64,000 bases of DNA from Abditibacterium sp. (GCA_965246885.1 OZ251992.1:416001-480000); one strand, 5' to 3'. Numbered from the stretch's first letter, positions 39,051-49,280 are shown. Numbers and translations: made by a program. The notes: a model not told the origin generated them from the sequence alone.

Positions 39051-40412
39051 ATGAAACGCCACCCGCTTCTGGCTTTGGTTCTGCTCGCCGCTTCGGTGGG
39101 CGCGGCTTTGTCGCTCCACGCTCAAAACCGCGACCCGCTCGCCGGCGACCGGCCCACCGGCCCCGTCAAACCCGCGCCGCTCGAACCCGACAAGGGCGTC
39201 TACCTTGGCGCCGCGCTCGATTCGTCGCAACTCAAGGGCGAAGCCTACGCCGCTTTGGTCGCGCAGATGACCGACTTTGGACACCTCGCTGGCCGCAAGC
39301 AGGCGCTGTACGTCCACTTTCTCCAGTTTCCCAACGACGCGGGCACCTTTGGAACGTGGGATCGGGACGCTAACGGTTGGATTTCCGCCGCGACCTTTTC
39401 AAGTGCCTGCGACCGTGTCGGCGCAACGCCCCTCCTCACCTTGGAACCCATGCGCCCGCGCACCCTGCTCGACTGGCGCGCAGGCTCGCCCGCTTTTGAG
39501 GCCGCTAAAGCCTTCGCCCAAGGCGCCGGAAAGTGGAACAAGCCGCTCTTTATCCGCTTTGGCCACGAGATGAACGGCAGTTGGTACCCTTGGGGCGAGT
39601 GGATAGACAAGAACGAGAACCAAGTGTTCGACCCCGACGAAGCGACCAACTTTTCCGGCGCCAACTACATCCAAGCGTATCGCAACGTCGCTTCCATGTT
39701 CCGGCGCTACGCGCCCAAAGCCGTGCTCGTATGGTGCCCCAACTCCGGCTTGGTCGGCGGCGGGCGACGCGACCCCTTCCGGCGCTGGTATCCCGGCGAC
39801 GACGTCGTGGACTGGGTGGGCCTCGATGTCTACGAGCGCGGCTTCTTCTTGCCCGCCGCCAACGGGCACTTGTGGGGCGGCCAGTTCGCTTATAACCTCA
39901 CCCACGACGCCGCCGACGACCCCCAAACCCCCGAAAACGAAAGCGTCGGCTTTTACAACATCTACGCGAACATCAAGCGCAAGCCCATCCTTATCTGCGA
40001 AACCGCCGCCACCCAGTCCTTCCGCACCGACCTTTCCCTTCAAGAGCGCCAAAAGATGACGCGCGACTGGAAGATCGGCTACTGGAACGCCAACGAATAC
40101 GGCTGGATGCAGAACGTTTATGGCACCAGCACCTCCCCCGGCCAAAAGTTCCTGCACCCCATAGACGCGGAGTTCCCCATGATTAAGGGCGTCGTGTGGT
40201 TTCAAATCGCCAAGCGCGAAGACGTTTCGGGCCGTGTCCCCGGCCAACCCACCACCAAGTTCAAGGACGCATGGCTCGATTACCGCGTCGGCGGTGGCGT
40301 CTCGCCCGACGACCGGGGTTTAAGCGGTCAACAAGAGATAGACGTGTTCCGCTCCCTGACCGGCAACTCCTACTTCCTGAGCGATGTGCAACCCAACCAC
40401 CTGCCGCGCTAA
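39051..40412 (+). CDS. Secreted glycoside hydrolase family 26-like
   Basis: RFGHEMNGSWYPW, YPGDDVVDWVGLD, ICET. Confidence 0.88.
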   Translation: MKRHPLLALVLLAASVGAALSLHAQNRDPLAGDRPTGPVKPAPLEPDKGVYLGAALDSSQLKGEAYAALVAQMTDFGHLAGRKQALYVHFLQFPNDAGTFGTWDRDANGWISAATFSSACDRVGATPLLTLEPMRPRTLLDWRAGSPAFEAAKAFAQGAGKWNKPLFIRFGHEMNGSWYPWGEWIDKNENQVFDPDEATNFSGANYIQAYRNVASMFRRYAPKAVLVWCPNSGLVGGGRRDPFRRWYPGDDVVDWVGLDVYERGFFLPAANGHLWGGQFAYNLTHDAADDPQTPENESVGFYNIYANIKRKPILICETAATQSFRTDLSLQERQKMTRDWKIGYWNANEYGWMQNVYGTSTSPGQKFLHPIDAEFPMIKGVVWFQIAKREDVSGRVPGQPTTKFKDAWLDYRVGGGVSPDDRGLSGQQEIDVFRSLTGNSYFLSDVQPNHLPR

Positions 40413-40439
40413 AGCCCATACTTTCCCGCGCACTTTCTC

Positions 40440-41855
40440 ATGGACTTCCAATCGCTTTCCTCTTCCTTCGAGGCCGCCGGACAAGGGCAGGTTTTCGCGT
40501 TCTTCGACCAGCTTTCCGCCCAAGAGCAGCAAGAGTTGCTCGCCCAAGCCGCCGAAATAGATTTGGGGGAAGTCGAGACGCTATGCGCGACGCTGCTCGG
40601 CGACCACAAAACGGCGGCGCGCTTTGACGACCTCGAACCTGCGCCCTTCGTGCCGCTCCCGCAACACGGCGGCGACGCCGAAAAGTGGCGGGAAGCACGC
40701 GAAACCGGCGAAGCGGCACTTCGCGCGGGGCGCGTGGCGGCCTTCACCGTCGCGGGCGGGCAAGGCACGCGCTTGGGTTACGATGGGCCAAAGGGCACTT
40801 TCCCGGTCACGCCCGTGCGCGGTTTGTCGCTGTTCGCCGTCTTCGCCGCCAAGATAGAAGCCGCCGGAAAGTTGTATGGCCGCCCGATTCACTGGTTCGT
40901 CATGACCTCGAACCAAAACCACGACGCGACCGAAAGCTTCTTCGCGGAGCACGATCACTTCGGTTTGGCGCCGGAAACCGTCCACTTCTTCAAGCAGGGT
41001 CGCATGCCTGCCGTTGACTTCAATGGCAAAATACTGCTCGAAGACAAAGGCCACATCGCGCTGTCCCCCGATGGTCACGGCGGCTCCTTGCGCGCCCTTG
41101 AACGCTCCGGCTCGCTCGACATCATGCGCCGCGAAGGAATAGACACCATCTCCTATTTTCAGGTGGATAATCCGCTTGTTCGCGCCATTGACGCCGATTT
41201 CGTCGGCTGGCACCTCGTTTCCGAATCGGGAATGTCCAGCAAGATGATCCCCAAAGCCTACGCAGGCGAGAAAGTCGGCCATTTCTGCTCCCGCAGTGGC
41301 CGTCTGGAGGTCGTCGAATACTCCGATTTGCCCGTTTCCATGCAAGAGCAGACCGACGAGCGCGGCGAACTGCGCTTTCGCGCCGGAAGCATCGCCATCC
41401 ATATCCTTGACCGCGAGTTCGTCGCGCGCATGGGGAAGCAGTCCTCCTTGCCCTTCCACCGCGCCGACAAAAAGATACCTACCGTTGATGCGCAGGGCAA
41501 CGCCGTCAAACCGGACAAGCCCAACGGAGTCAAGTTCGAGACCTTCGTCTTCGACGCCCTGCCCCTTGCCCGCCACCCCGTCGTGATTGAAACCCTGCGC
41601 GAGGACGACTTCTCCCCCGTCAAGAACGCCGAGGGTGTGGACTCGCCCCAGACCTGCCGCGACGACCAACTGCGGCAGTGGGCGCGCTGGCTGGCGTCTG
41701 TGGGCGTGGAAGTTCCGCTTGACGAACGCGGCGTGCCGACGGTCAACTTCGAGGTGTCCCCACGCTTTGGCTTCGATGCCGCGACCTTTTCTTCGTCGTG
41801 GAGCGCGCTTGTACTCCACCCGTCCATCGAAGATGGACGGGTATTGGACGTATGA
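40440..41855 (+). CDS. UDP-N-acetylglucosamine pyrophosphorylase (UDPGP type 1, UAP-like)
   Basis: AGGQGTRLG..GPKG, PDGHGG, QVDNPL, VVEYSD, KFETFVFD, FSPVKN. Confidence 0.92.
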   Translation: MDFQSLSSSFEAAGQGQVFAFFDQLSAQEQQELLAQAAEIDLGEVETLCATLLGDHKTAARFDDLEPAPFVPLPQHGGDAEKWREARETGEAALRAGRVAAFTVAGGQGTRLGYDGPKGTFPVTPVRGLSLFAVFAAKIEAAGKLYGRPIHWFVMTSNQNHDATESFFAEHDHFGLAPETVHFFKQGRMPAVDFNGKILLEDKGHIALSPDGHGGSLRALERSGSLDIMRREGIDTISYFQVDNPLVRAIDADFVGWHLVSESGMSSKMIPKAYAGEKVGHFCSRSGRLEVVEYSDLPVSMQEQTDERGELRFRAGSIAIHILDREFVARMGKQSSLPFHRADKKIPTVDAQGNAVKPDKPNGVKFETFVFDALPLARHPVVIETLREDDFSPVKNAEGVDSPQTCRDDQLRQWARWLASVGVEVPLDERGVPTVNFEVSPRFGFDAATFSSSWSALVLHPSIEDGRVLDV

Positions 41856-41872
41856 CGATCGCGCTCCGCGCC

Positions 41873-43162
41873 CTAACGCTGCAATTGCGGCAGTATCCGA
41901 TTGGTGCGCGGGTTGATGACGATGGGGCTGGCGTTCTTCGCTTGGGCGTCAACGATGGGGTCAAACGGGCGAATGTTCGGCTTGACTTGGAAGTAAAGCG
42001 GCGGCAGTTTGTAAGCCTTGTTTTTAGCGTCTATCCACGCGGCGGCGTAGCCGAGGTTGTTCGTGTCGTAGTCCACCCACGCGTAGCCGCGCTCCGTCCC
42101 GACGCCGCATGGGTCGCCCCAACCCGTGCCCCACGAGTTTTTAATCAGCCAAGCGTTCTTCTTGTCGCTCCAACCGATGATGAGGATGACGTGATTGACC
42201 GCGTGGTAGCGCGTTTTGCCATCGCCGCCAAGCGGCGTTAGGGTGTTGACCGGCACGTTCTCTTTGAACGCATCGGCGCCGCCCGCGTAGGCTTGGAACA
42301 ATGGCGTGGCGAGCAAAGTAGCGGCGACGGGGCCGTGATCGCAGAGCGCTTCCTTCATCTCATCGCGCGTGGGCAAGCGCAAACCGTTATACCCCGCTTC
42401 GCCTTGGTCGGTGACGTACGCCCAAGCCGACGCGCGGTAGGGCGTGGATAAACCCTCTTTGCACGCCTTTTCGCCGCCGCCATAGGGCAAATCGGCTTCG
42501 CTCGCGGTGCCGTGACTGACGAGGTATTCCATGACCGGCGTGTGCCAGCCACCAGGCGGAAAAGCGCACTTACCCGCGTCGGCGCCGTTATCACCGACGG
42601 CGCAGTCGAGGATTTGCTGCTCGGACAGGTCGAGCTTGTCGCCGTTGCGGATGAGATTCGAGGCTTCGAGCGCGGCAATGGGCGCGAAATCCCAGCACGT
42701 TCCGCACGGGTTCTGATTGCGCACCGCCGTCACGTCGCCTTGGGAGCGCCAGTCGTAACTTTTGAGCTTGGGCGAGGGCTTATATTTGATTTCGCGCAGG
42801 TTATAGCGGCCCACAAAGCTGTCGCGCGCTTGCAAATCGAAGGCACGGAGTTGGTTGCCGATGCGGTTTTGCACCACGCTGCGCTCTTTGATGTCGGGCG
42901 GCACGGTGGCTCCGGCGAGGCTGCTGAGCGGGAAGTCAAGCGCGGGGGTATAGGCCAAATCGAAATTGCGCCCGCTCGCGGCCACGCTCGCGCGCAACCC
43001 GGTTAGCTGGTTTCGGATGGCGAGGGGCGCCGTCAATTCGCGCGCCCGCAAGTCCAAGGTAGCTTTCCCTCTGGGAACAATGCGAATCTGCGCCCAAACG
43101 CCGCCCGCCACCACCACAGAAAACGAGAGAACTCCCGCCCAGATCAGCCGTTTTGTGTTCAT
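41873..43162 (-). CDS. Secreted papain-like (C1A) cysteine protease
   Basis: QNPCGTCW, LSEQQILDC, NHV, KNSWG..WG. Confidence 0.93.
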   Translation of the reverse strand: MNTKRLIWAGVLSFSVVVAGGVWAQIRIVPRGKATLDLRARELTAPLAIRNQLTGLRASVAASGRNFDLAYTPALDFPLSSLAGATVPPDIKERSVVQNRIGNQLRAFDLQARDSFVGRYNLREIKYKPSPKLKSYDWRSQGDVTAVRNQNPCGTCWDFAPIAALEASNLIRNGDKLDLSEQQILDCAVGDNGADAGKCAFPPGGWHTPVMEYLVSHGTASEADLPYGGGEKACKEGLSTPYRASAWAYVTDQGEAGYNGLRLPTRDEMKEALCDHGPVAATLLATPLFQAYAGGADAFKENVPVNTLTPLGGDGKTRYHAVNHVILIIGWSDKKNAWLIKNSWGTGWGDPCGVGTERGYAWVDYDTNNLGYAAAWIDAKNKAYKLPPLYFQVKPNIRPFDPIVDAQAKNASPIVINPRTNRILPQLQR

Positions 43163-43300
43163 TATGGATGCCAGAAACCAAGAGCGCGAAACGGGGCGGA
43201 GCAGCACTTCTCTACTCCGCCCGTTTCGACGCCGGGTATCTTAACCGATGAACACCCGAATTTCAAGACAGAAAACCCTTAAAATTCCGTCCCTGTTACC

Positions 43301-43981
43301 TCACGGAGCGCGCACGCCCAACTCCTCAAGCGGCCCGCGCCGCGTTTGTCCGAAGTCATCGGCTTGAAAAACTTCATCCGACCCGACTTCGAGCGCCGTC
43401 AACCATCCGCCACCGTGCGCGTAGGTGTCAATACAGACGGCGAAACCCCGGTCAAGTGGGCGCCCGCTTTTTTGACTCGTGTGGCCGACGACGACGCGCT
43501 TGCCGCTTGGGTGCGGCTCGATGTCGTGGATGCCGCGCCATAGTAACCACCATTCGGGCGTGTCTTCGAGCGGCTCTTGACCGCTCGCGCCGTGCACGAA
43601 AATGTGGTCGTTCGACTCCCAAAACAAGCGCGTGCGCGCGAGAAATGCCCAATGCGTCGCGGGAATGTCGTCTAAGCTCAGGGCATCGTAGGATTCGACC
43701 GTCTCCTGTCCGCCAACCTCCCACCAAGAATGAAGCCAACCCCGGTCAACGCGGGCTTTGAGCATCCACGCTTCGTGGTTGCCGCGCAAAAAGATGTGTC
43801 GCCCTTCCCGCTCCAGTTCAATCAATCGTTCGATGACGCCGCGCGAATCCGGCCCCCGGTCAACGTAGTCGCCCAAGAAGACGATCCGGTCGTCGCCGTC
43901 CAAGGGGAGCGAGGCAAGTAGAGAGTCAAGCGCGATAAAGCAGCCGTGAATGTCGCCAACGGCGAAAATGCGAGAAGGCAC
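43301..43981 (-). CDS. Metallophosphoesterase (PphA-like Ser/Thr phosphatase)
   Basis: GDIHG, GDYVDRG, GNHE; GTG start inferred. Confidence 0.92.
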   Translation of the reverse strand: MPSRIFAVGDIHGCFIALDSLLASLPLDGDDRIVFLGDYVDRGPDSRGVIERLIELEREGRHIFLRGNHEAWMLKARVDRGWLHSWWEVGGQETVESYDALSLDDIPATHWAFLARTRLFWESNDHIFVHGASGQEPLEDTPEWWLLWRGIHDIEPHPSGKRVVVGHTSQKSGRPLDRGFAVCIDTYAHGGGWLTALEVGSDEVFQADDFGQTRRGPLEELGVRAP

Positions 43982-44020
43982 GCCGTAGTTTTCCGCATTT
44001 AGAACGCCTGTCGAGCAATG

Positions 44021-44135
44021 ACAGACCTCCGCCACTGCTCGGCGCATGTCTGCCACTGCTCGGCGCATGTCTGCCACTGCTCGGCGCATGTCTGCCACCG
44101 AAAGACGGACGGAGGTGGCGCCTCGCCAGACATCG
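44021..44135. repeat. 21-bp tandem array (GTCTG core)
   Basis: ccactgctcggcgcatgtctg three times, plus degenerate flanking units. Confidence 0.9.
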
Positions 44136-44248
44136 CTCAATAGTTCGCACAACTCTGTTTTTCTATCACTAAGAATATCCAAAGGTTTTCTTAATGGCAA
44201 CCCTCATGCATTTGGGTTGGCGCCTCGTTGTGTGCGGGGCGAACTGAA

Positions 44249-44782
44249 ATGCAAACCAAACACCTCTTTTTGCGCGATGCGCGCGTATTGGCTTTGACTG
44301 TCATCTGTGTGGCAACGGGCGGGGCGCTGGCTTTGGCCGTGCCCGCAATGGCCCAACCCGCCGCTTCCGCGCCGCGCGCCGAAGTGAAGGCCGAACTCAA
44401 AGCGTTCAAGGTCGCAGGCGACAAGCTCGTGGCCGCCGACAGCGCCAATCCCGGCGACGTCATCGAATATCAAGCCCGCTACACCAATGTGGGCGGCGCC
44501 CCGGCACAACGCTTTTCGCCGCAACTGCCTGTGCCCACTGCCTTAGTCTACGCGGGCAACTCGGCACTTCCGTCCGGCTTCTTGGCCACCACCGACGGCA
44601 AGAACTTCGCCCCGGCTCCGCTTATGCGCGCTGTGCGCAAGGCTGATGGCACCACTCAACTGGTCGCCGTCCCGCTCCGCGCGTACCGCGCCCTGCGCTG
44701 GCAACTGGGCACCCTTGCACCCGGCCAATCGGTCACCGTCCGCGCCCGCGCTCGCGTTAAATCCTTCGCCGACGGCAAGTAA
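44249..44782 (+). CDS. Secreted DUF11-like (conserved repeat domain) protein
   Basis: Signal peptide; PGDVIEY..YTN; WQLGTLAPGQS. Confidence 0.8.
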   Translation: MQTKHLFLRDARVLALTVICVATGGALALAVPAMAQPAASAPRAEVKAELKAFKVAGDKLVAADSANPGDVIEYQARYTNVGGAPAQRFSPQLPVPTALVYAGNSALPSGFLATTDGKNFAPAPLMRAVRKADGTTQLVAVPLRAYRALRWQLGTLAPGQSVTVRARARVKSFADGK

Positions 44783-44971
44783 GCAAAACGGCTTCCTGAA
44801 AGCCCCGCTCAGGCAAAGGCAACAACGCGCCAATACGTGACTTCGACAGTCACCAGCGTCGCGTTGCCCCCGCGAACGGGCTTCTAAAGCCACCCTGACT
44901 ACGTTTTGATCGCTTCGCCATTGGTTTGCCGCACTGCCACTGCGAGCGTCTTCAAATTTTTCAAAAATCCC

Positions 44972-47608
44972 ATGCAGACTCAAACACGCCGCCCCATTTT
45001 ACGCGGCTTCTTGATCCCGCTTGCGCTGTGCGCGAGTGGGTTGCTGGCGCCGTCGGCTCACGCTCAGTCGACCGCGCCAGTTGCTGGCACTACCATTGGC
45101 AACAAAGCGTCGGCCACCTATACCGACAACGCCAATGTGTCGCGCTCCACGCTGTCGAACACCGTTTCGACAACTGTCACCCAAGTGCCCGCCGTTAACC
45201 TGACCGCTCCCCGCAACATTCGCGGCTATCCCAGCGCTCCGGTCAACTTCTCGCACACCGTCACCAACACCGGCAACGGCCCCGACTCCTTCAACCTCAC
45301 GGCAGTGTATGGCACCGGCACCAACGTGTCGCCGCTTTCCATCTACGCGGACGCTAACGGCGACGGCATCGCCGACAACAACACGCCCATCACGGTTTCC
45401 CCGACGTTGCAACCGGGCCAGTCCTACTCCTTCGTCGTCACGGGCACCATCCCCGGCAGCGCCACTGCTGGCTCGACGGGCACCATCACCGTTGGCACCT
45501 CGTCCGTCACCAACTCCGGCGTTACCGGCTCCAACACCGACACGGTGACGGTCTCGACCAACGCCAACATCGTCTTGCGCAAGTCGGTTTCGCTTTCTTC
45601 CGGCGCGCCCAGCGATACCACGCAATACACCTACACCCTGTCGTATGTGAACAACTCGCAAAAGACGGCTGGCTCGACGGTCATCACCGACACCATCCCG
45701 ACGGGCCTCAAGTACGTTCCCGGTTCGGGCGTTTGGCAGGGCAACGCCTTGACGGACATCTCGACCGATACCGACGCCACCATCACCAACTCGGACGCCA
45801 CCACGTCCACGATCAAGTTCTCCGAAACCGGACAAAACGTGAGCGCCACCATCAGCAGCGTTCCGCCGGGTCAGGGCGTCATCACGTTCAAGTTTACGGC
45901 CCCCGCCGTCACCGCTCCGGGCGTGTACAACAACACGGCGAACATCTCGTATGACGACGGCAGCGGCTCGCCCACAGCCGTTACGGATGTCTCGAACACC
46001 GTTCCCTTTACCGTCTCTTCGAGCGTGGCCTTCACCTTCACCGGGCCGCCCGCCATCCCCAGCGCGCCCCAAGGCAGCACCGTCTCGTTCAACAACACGT
46101 TGACCAACAACGGCACCGGCACGGACACCTTCAACATCACCCTCGTTCCGCCCGGCACCGGCGCGTTCCCCGCAGGCACCACGTTCCAACTGTATAAGTC
46201 CGACGGCGTCACGCCCTTGCTCGACACCAACGGCGACGGCATCCCCGACACCGGCCCCGTTGCCAGCAAAGGCACCTACGTCGTCGTGTTGAAGGCGCTC
46301 TTGCCTTCGGGCGCTACGGGCGGCCCCTTCGAGATGGACAAAGTCGCCACTTCGATCACCGACAAGTCCACGCAAACCGCGCAGGACAAACTGACGGTCA
46401 TCAAAGCCTCTTCGGTGGACTTGACCAACTTGGACAACACCAGCGCCGTCATCCCGGCCACCAGTGGGCCTTTCGTCGCTGGCAGTGGCGCGACCATCAG
46501 CTTGTCCGGCAACCCCGGCTCCACGCAAATCTACCCGTTGCGCGTCATCAACAATGGCCCTGCGGGAACCACCGACTCCTTCGCGCTGAGCGTTTCCACG
46601 CTCGCCCCCGGCGCCACCGGCTTCCCCGGCGCCTTGCCCGCAGGCTACACCGTCGTTTACCGCGACAAGACCACCGGCCAAGTCCTCTCCTCCGTTGACA
46701 ACTTGGCGGGCGGCGGCGGCACCCGCGACGTTCTCGCTTATGTGACCATCCCCACCACTGCGGTTGGCGGCACTTCGGTTGACCTCTACTTCAAGTCGGC
46801 CTCGCCCACGAGCGGCACCAACGACACCGTCTTCGACCGCGCCACCGTTAATGTTATCCGCAGCATCTCGGTCAAAGACAACAACTCCGGCCAAGTCGCT
46901 CCCGGCGGCTCCGTCACCTACTTGCACACCATCACCAACACCGGCGATGTTCCCGAAACCATCATCAGCGTGACCAAAGCGGGCGACGCCAACGGCTTCT
47001 CGTCGGCCCTCTATCCCGACACCAACGGCAACGGCGTCCTCGACCCGGCAGAGCAAGCCACCCCGCTCACCACAGTTGGCCCGCTCGCTCCCGGTCAATC
47101 GGTCGGCGTGTTCGTGAAAGTCTTCGGCCCCGTTTCGGCCACGCAGGTCGGCGGCGTCAACACCACCACGCTCACCGGCACGCTGTCGGCCAACTCGACC
47201 GACACCACCTACACGGCAGGCACCATCAACGGTAGCTCGACCGACTCCACCACGCTCGTCTTTGGCGACGTGAAACTGGACAAGCAGCAATCGCTCACCG
47301 GCGTCGCTGGCTCGTTCGTTCGCTCGAACCTCGCTGTTGGCCCCGGCGGAACGATCTACTACCAGATCACCGTCACCAACACCGGCACCGCGCCCGTGAC
47401 CAGCGTTGTCGTCAACGACGCCACCCCCGCTTACACGACGGCTTTGGCCGCGCCCGCCCCGTCCTACACCGACAAAACCGGCGCAGCAGTCACCACCGGC
47501 ATCACCGCGCCCGCCGCTAACGCCGCCGGTTCCTACACCTTTCCGGTCGGCACCCTCGCGCCAGGCGCGTCCTCGACCATCGTCTTCGCCGTGAAAGTCC
47601 AAGGCTAA
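44972..47608 (+). CDS. Large secreted Thr/Ser/Gly-rich DUF11/Ig-like repeat surface protein
   Basis: Signal peptide; repeated TNTGN..D, DxNGDG Ca-loop-like motifs, PGG.I.Y.ITVTN. Confidence 0.85.
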   Translation: MQTQTRRPILRGFLIPLALCASGLLAPSAHAQSTAPVAGTTIGNKASATYTDNANVSRSTLSNTVSTTVTQVPAVNLTAPRNIRGYPSAPVNFSHTVTNTGNGPDSFNLTAVYGTGTNVSPLSIYADANGDGIADNNTPITVSPTLQPGQSYSFVVTGTIPGSATAGSTGTITVGTSSVTNSGVTGSNTDTVTVSTNANIVLRKSVSLSSGAPSDTTQYTYTLSYVNNSQKTAGSTVITDTIPTGLKYVPGSGVWQGNALTDISTDTDATITNSDATTSTIKFSETGQNVSATISSVPPGQGVITFKFTAPAVTAPGVYNNTANISYDDGSGSPTAVTDVSNTVPFTVSSSVAFTFTGPPAIPSAPQGSTVSFNNTLTNNGTGTDTFNITLVPPGTGAFPAGTTFQLYKSDGVTPLLDTNGDGIPDTGPVASKGTYVVVLKALLPSGATGGPFEMDKVATSITDKSTQTAQDKLTVIKASSVDLTNLDNTSAVIPATSGPFVAGSGATISLSGNPGSTQIYPLRVINNGPAGTTDSFALSVSTLAPGATGFPGALPAGYTVVYRDKTTGQVLSSVDNLAGGGGTRDVLAYVTIPTTAVGGTSVDLYFKSASPTSGTNDTVFDRATVNVIRSISVKDNNSGQVAPGGSVTYLHTITNTGDVPETIISVTKAGDANGFSSALYPDTNGNGVLDPAEQATPLTTVGPLAPGQSVGVFVKVFGPVSATQVGGVNTTTLTGTLSANSTDTTYTAGTINGSSTDSTTLVFGDVKLDKQQSLTGVAGSFVRSNLAVGPGGTIYYQITVTNTGTAPVTSVVVNDATPAYTTALAAPAPSYTDKTGAAVTTGITAPAANAAGSYTFPVGTLAPGASSTIVFAVKVQG

Positions 47609-47638
47609 GACCAACCGGGCGCCCAGCGCGCTCAAACC

Positions 47639-47670
47639 AAAACCCCCGGCTCGAAAGAGCCGGGGGTTTT
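47639..47670. terminator. Bidirectional intrinsic terminator
   Basis: aaaacccccggctc-gaaa-gagccgggggtttt between convergent genes. Confidence 0.92.
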
Positions 47671-47688
47671 GTTCGTTTTGGGCAGCCT

Positions 47689-49272
47689 TTAAAACTGCTC
47701 GCGCGCTTCCACGCCCAGCACGCGCAATGCCGCCGTCGCGACGTTGCCCGCCGCGCGCAGCAATTCGAGCCGCCGCGTTGTGGGCGCGAGCGAGGGCGCG
47801 TTGTGGCGCGACAATTCGCGCGCCGCCCGCGCCAATTGGCCCACGAAGTCGGCGACTTTGTGCGGCGCGCGCTCCGATGCGGCGCTCTCCAGACAGTCTG
47901 GCCACAGCGCGACCAAGCGCGCCAGTTCCCGCTCGCCCGTGCTCCACTCGCCGCTTTCTGACGCGGCGGGCGCGCGGCCTTCGAGGGCGCGGCGCATCGT
48001 CGCCAAGCGCGACGGGAGCAATTGTGCGGCGTAAGCGGGGTTCGATTCGTCGTCGCGGGCGGCGATTTCCAAGTCCACAACGGCAGTCTTGCTCGCGGGC
48101 TTGGCGCAAAAGAACCAGCGCAGCGTGTCGGCGCCGACCTCTTCGATTTCCTCGTCCAACACGAGCGGTCCGCCGCCCAAGCCCAGCCGAATCGGGGCGC
48201 CGTCGCGCTCCAAAGCGGCGTCTTCGACGGTGACGAACTCGACCTTGCCCTCGTCCAACCCCGCCGCGCGCAATGCCGCTTTGGTGCGGGCGATGTAGGG
48301 CTTGTGGCCCGCGCTCCACACGTTGAGGATGGCGTCAAAGCCGCGCTCGAACTTCCAAGCGTGATAGGCGACATCGCCCGCGAAGTAGGTGGCGCGGCCC
48401 GTCGCGCGCCGGAGCACGCGGTCGGCGTCGTCGCCAAACTCGGTCGTGCGGAGCCACAACGCCCCGTCGCGCTCGTAGGTGGTGCCGCGCGCGGCGAGCA
48501 TTTCCAAGGCGCGGTCAAGGTGCCCGTCGCGCGCGAGATCGGACTCGCGCACCCACGAATCGAAGCGCGTCCCGAAGCGTTCTAAGGAGGACTTTTGCAG
48601 TTCAACGGCGCGCTCCAAGGCGAACTGCGTGGCGGCTTCCAGCCGTTCTTCGACGGGAACAGCGAGCCACTTCGCGCCGTCGCGCCGCGCCCATTCGCCG
48701 CCGAGGGTGCGCGCAAAAGCGCCCGGAGCGGGCGCGTTTTGGCCAAAAGCGTTCTGATAGGCGCCCCAAACTTCCTCGCCTAAGGCGCGCAGTTTGGGGC
48801 TACTGGTTTGGTCGTTGAGGTAGAACTCGCGCGAAACGCGCGCCCCGGCGCCTTCGAGCAAGCGGCACAAAGATTCGCCCCACGCCGCGTGCCGTCCGGC
48901 GCCCAAAGGAAGCGGGCCGGTCGGGTCGCTGGACACGTATTCGACCAAAATGCGTTGCCCCGCGAGCGCGTTCGAGGCGCCGTAGTGCGCGCCCTCGCGC
49001 GTGGCGCGTTCGAGTTCGGAGAGAAAGTGTTCGTCGCTCATGTGAAATTGCAGCCTGCCAGCCTCGAAAACAACGCGGCCCGCCCAATGGGGGCCGAGCC
49101 GTTGGATGGCAGTTTGCCCGATTTCGTCAGAGGAACGCCCGGTCGTTTGAGCGCTATGGAGAGGGAAATTGGAAGAGAACTCCCCCCACCGTGCGTCGGG
49201 GGCGACGGAAACAACGGCATCGGGCGCGTCCAAGACGCGGGCGAACAGGGCGCGCAGGCGGGAGCGGGTCAT
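47689..49272 (-). CDS. argS: Arginyl-tRNA synthetase homologue with degenerate catalytic motifs
   Basis: Full ArgRS architecture (EYVS.DPTGPL, REFYLND, GDDADRVL, YFAGDVAYH, DALR-type C-terminus) but HIGH reads PLGA. Confidence 0.75.
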   Translation of the reverse strand: MTRSRLRALFARVLDAPDAVVSVAPDARWGEFSSNFPLHSAQTTGRSSDEIGQTAIQRLGPHWAGRVVFEAGRLQFHMSDEHFLSELERATREGAHYGASNALAGQRILVEYVSSDPTGPLPLGAGRHAAWGESLCRLLEGAGARVSREFYLNDQTSSPKLRALGEEVWGAYQNAFGQNAPAPGAFARTLGGEWARRDGAKWLAVPVEERLEAATQFALERAVELQKSSLERFGTRFDSWVRESDLARDGHLDRALEMLAARGTTYERDGALWLRTTEFGDDADRVLRRATGRATYFAGDVAYHAWKFERGFDAILNVWSAGHKPYIARTKAALRAAGLDEGKVEFVTVEDAALERDGAPIRLGLGGGPLVLDEEIEEVGADTLRWFFCAKPASKTAVVDLEIAARDDESNPAYAAQLLPSRLATMRRALEGRAPAASESGEWSTGERELARLVALWPDCLESAASERAPHKVADFVGQLARAARELSRHNAPSLAPTTRRLELLRAAGNVATAALRVLGVEAREQF

Positions 49273-49280
49273 GAGAGACA

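Noticed and set aside
44021..44135. CRISPR array
   Set aside because: Units are contiguous 21-mers without unique spacers, and there are no cas genes. The same applies to the other arrays.
44805..44825. Glycine riboswitch (ctcaggcaaa)
   Set aside because: The GGAGA and CCGAAG elements are missing and the context is unrelated.
44999..48319. 1106-aa minus-strand ORF
   Set aside because: Antisense shadow of the codon-biased DUF11 gene.
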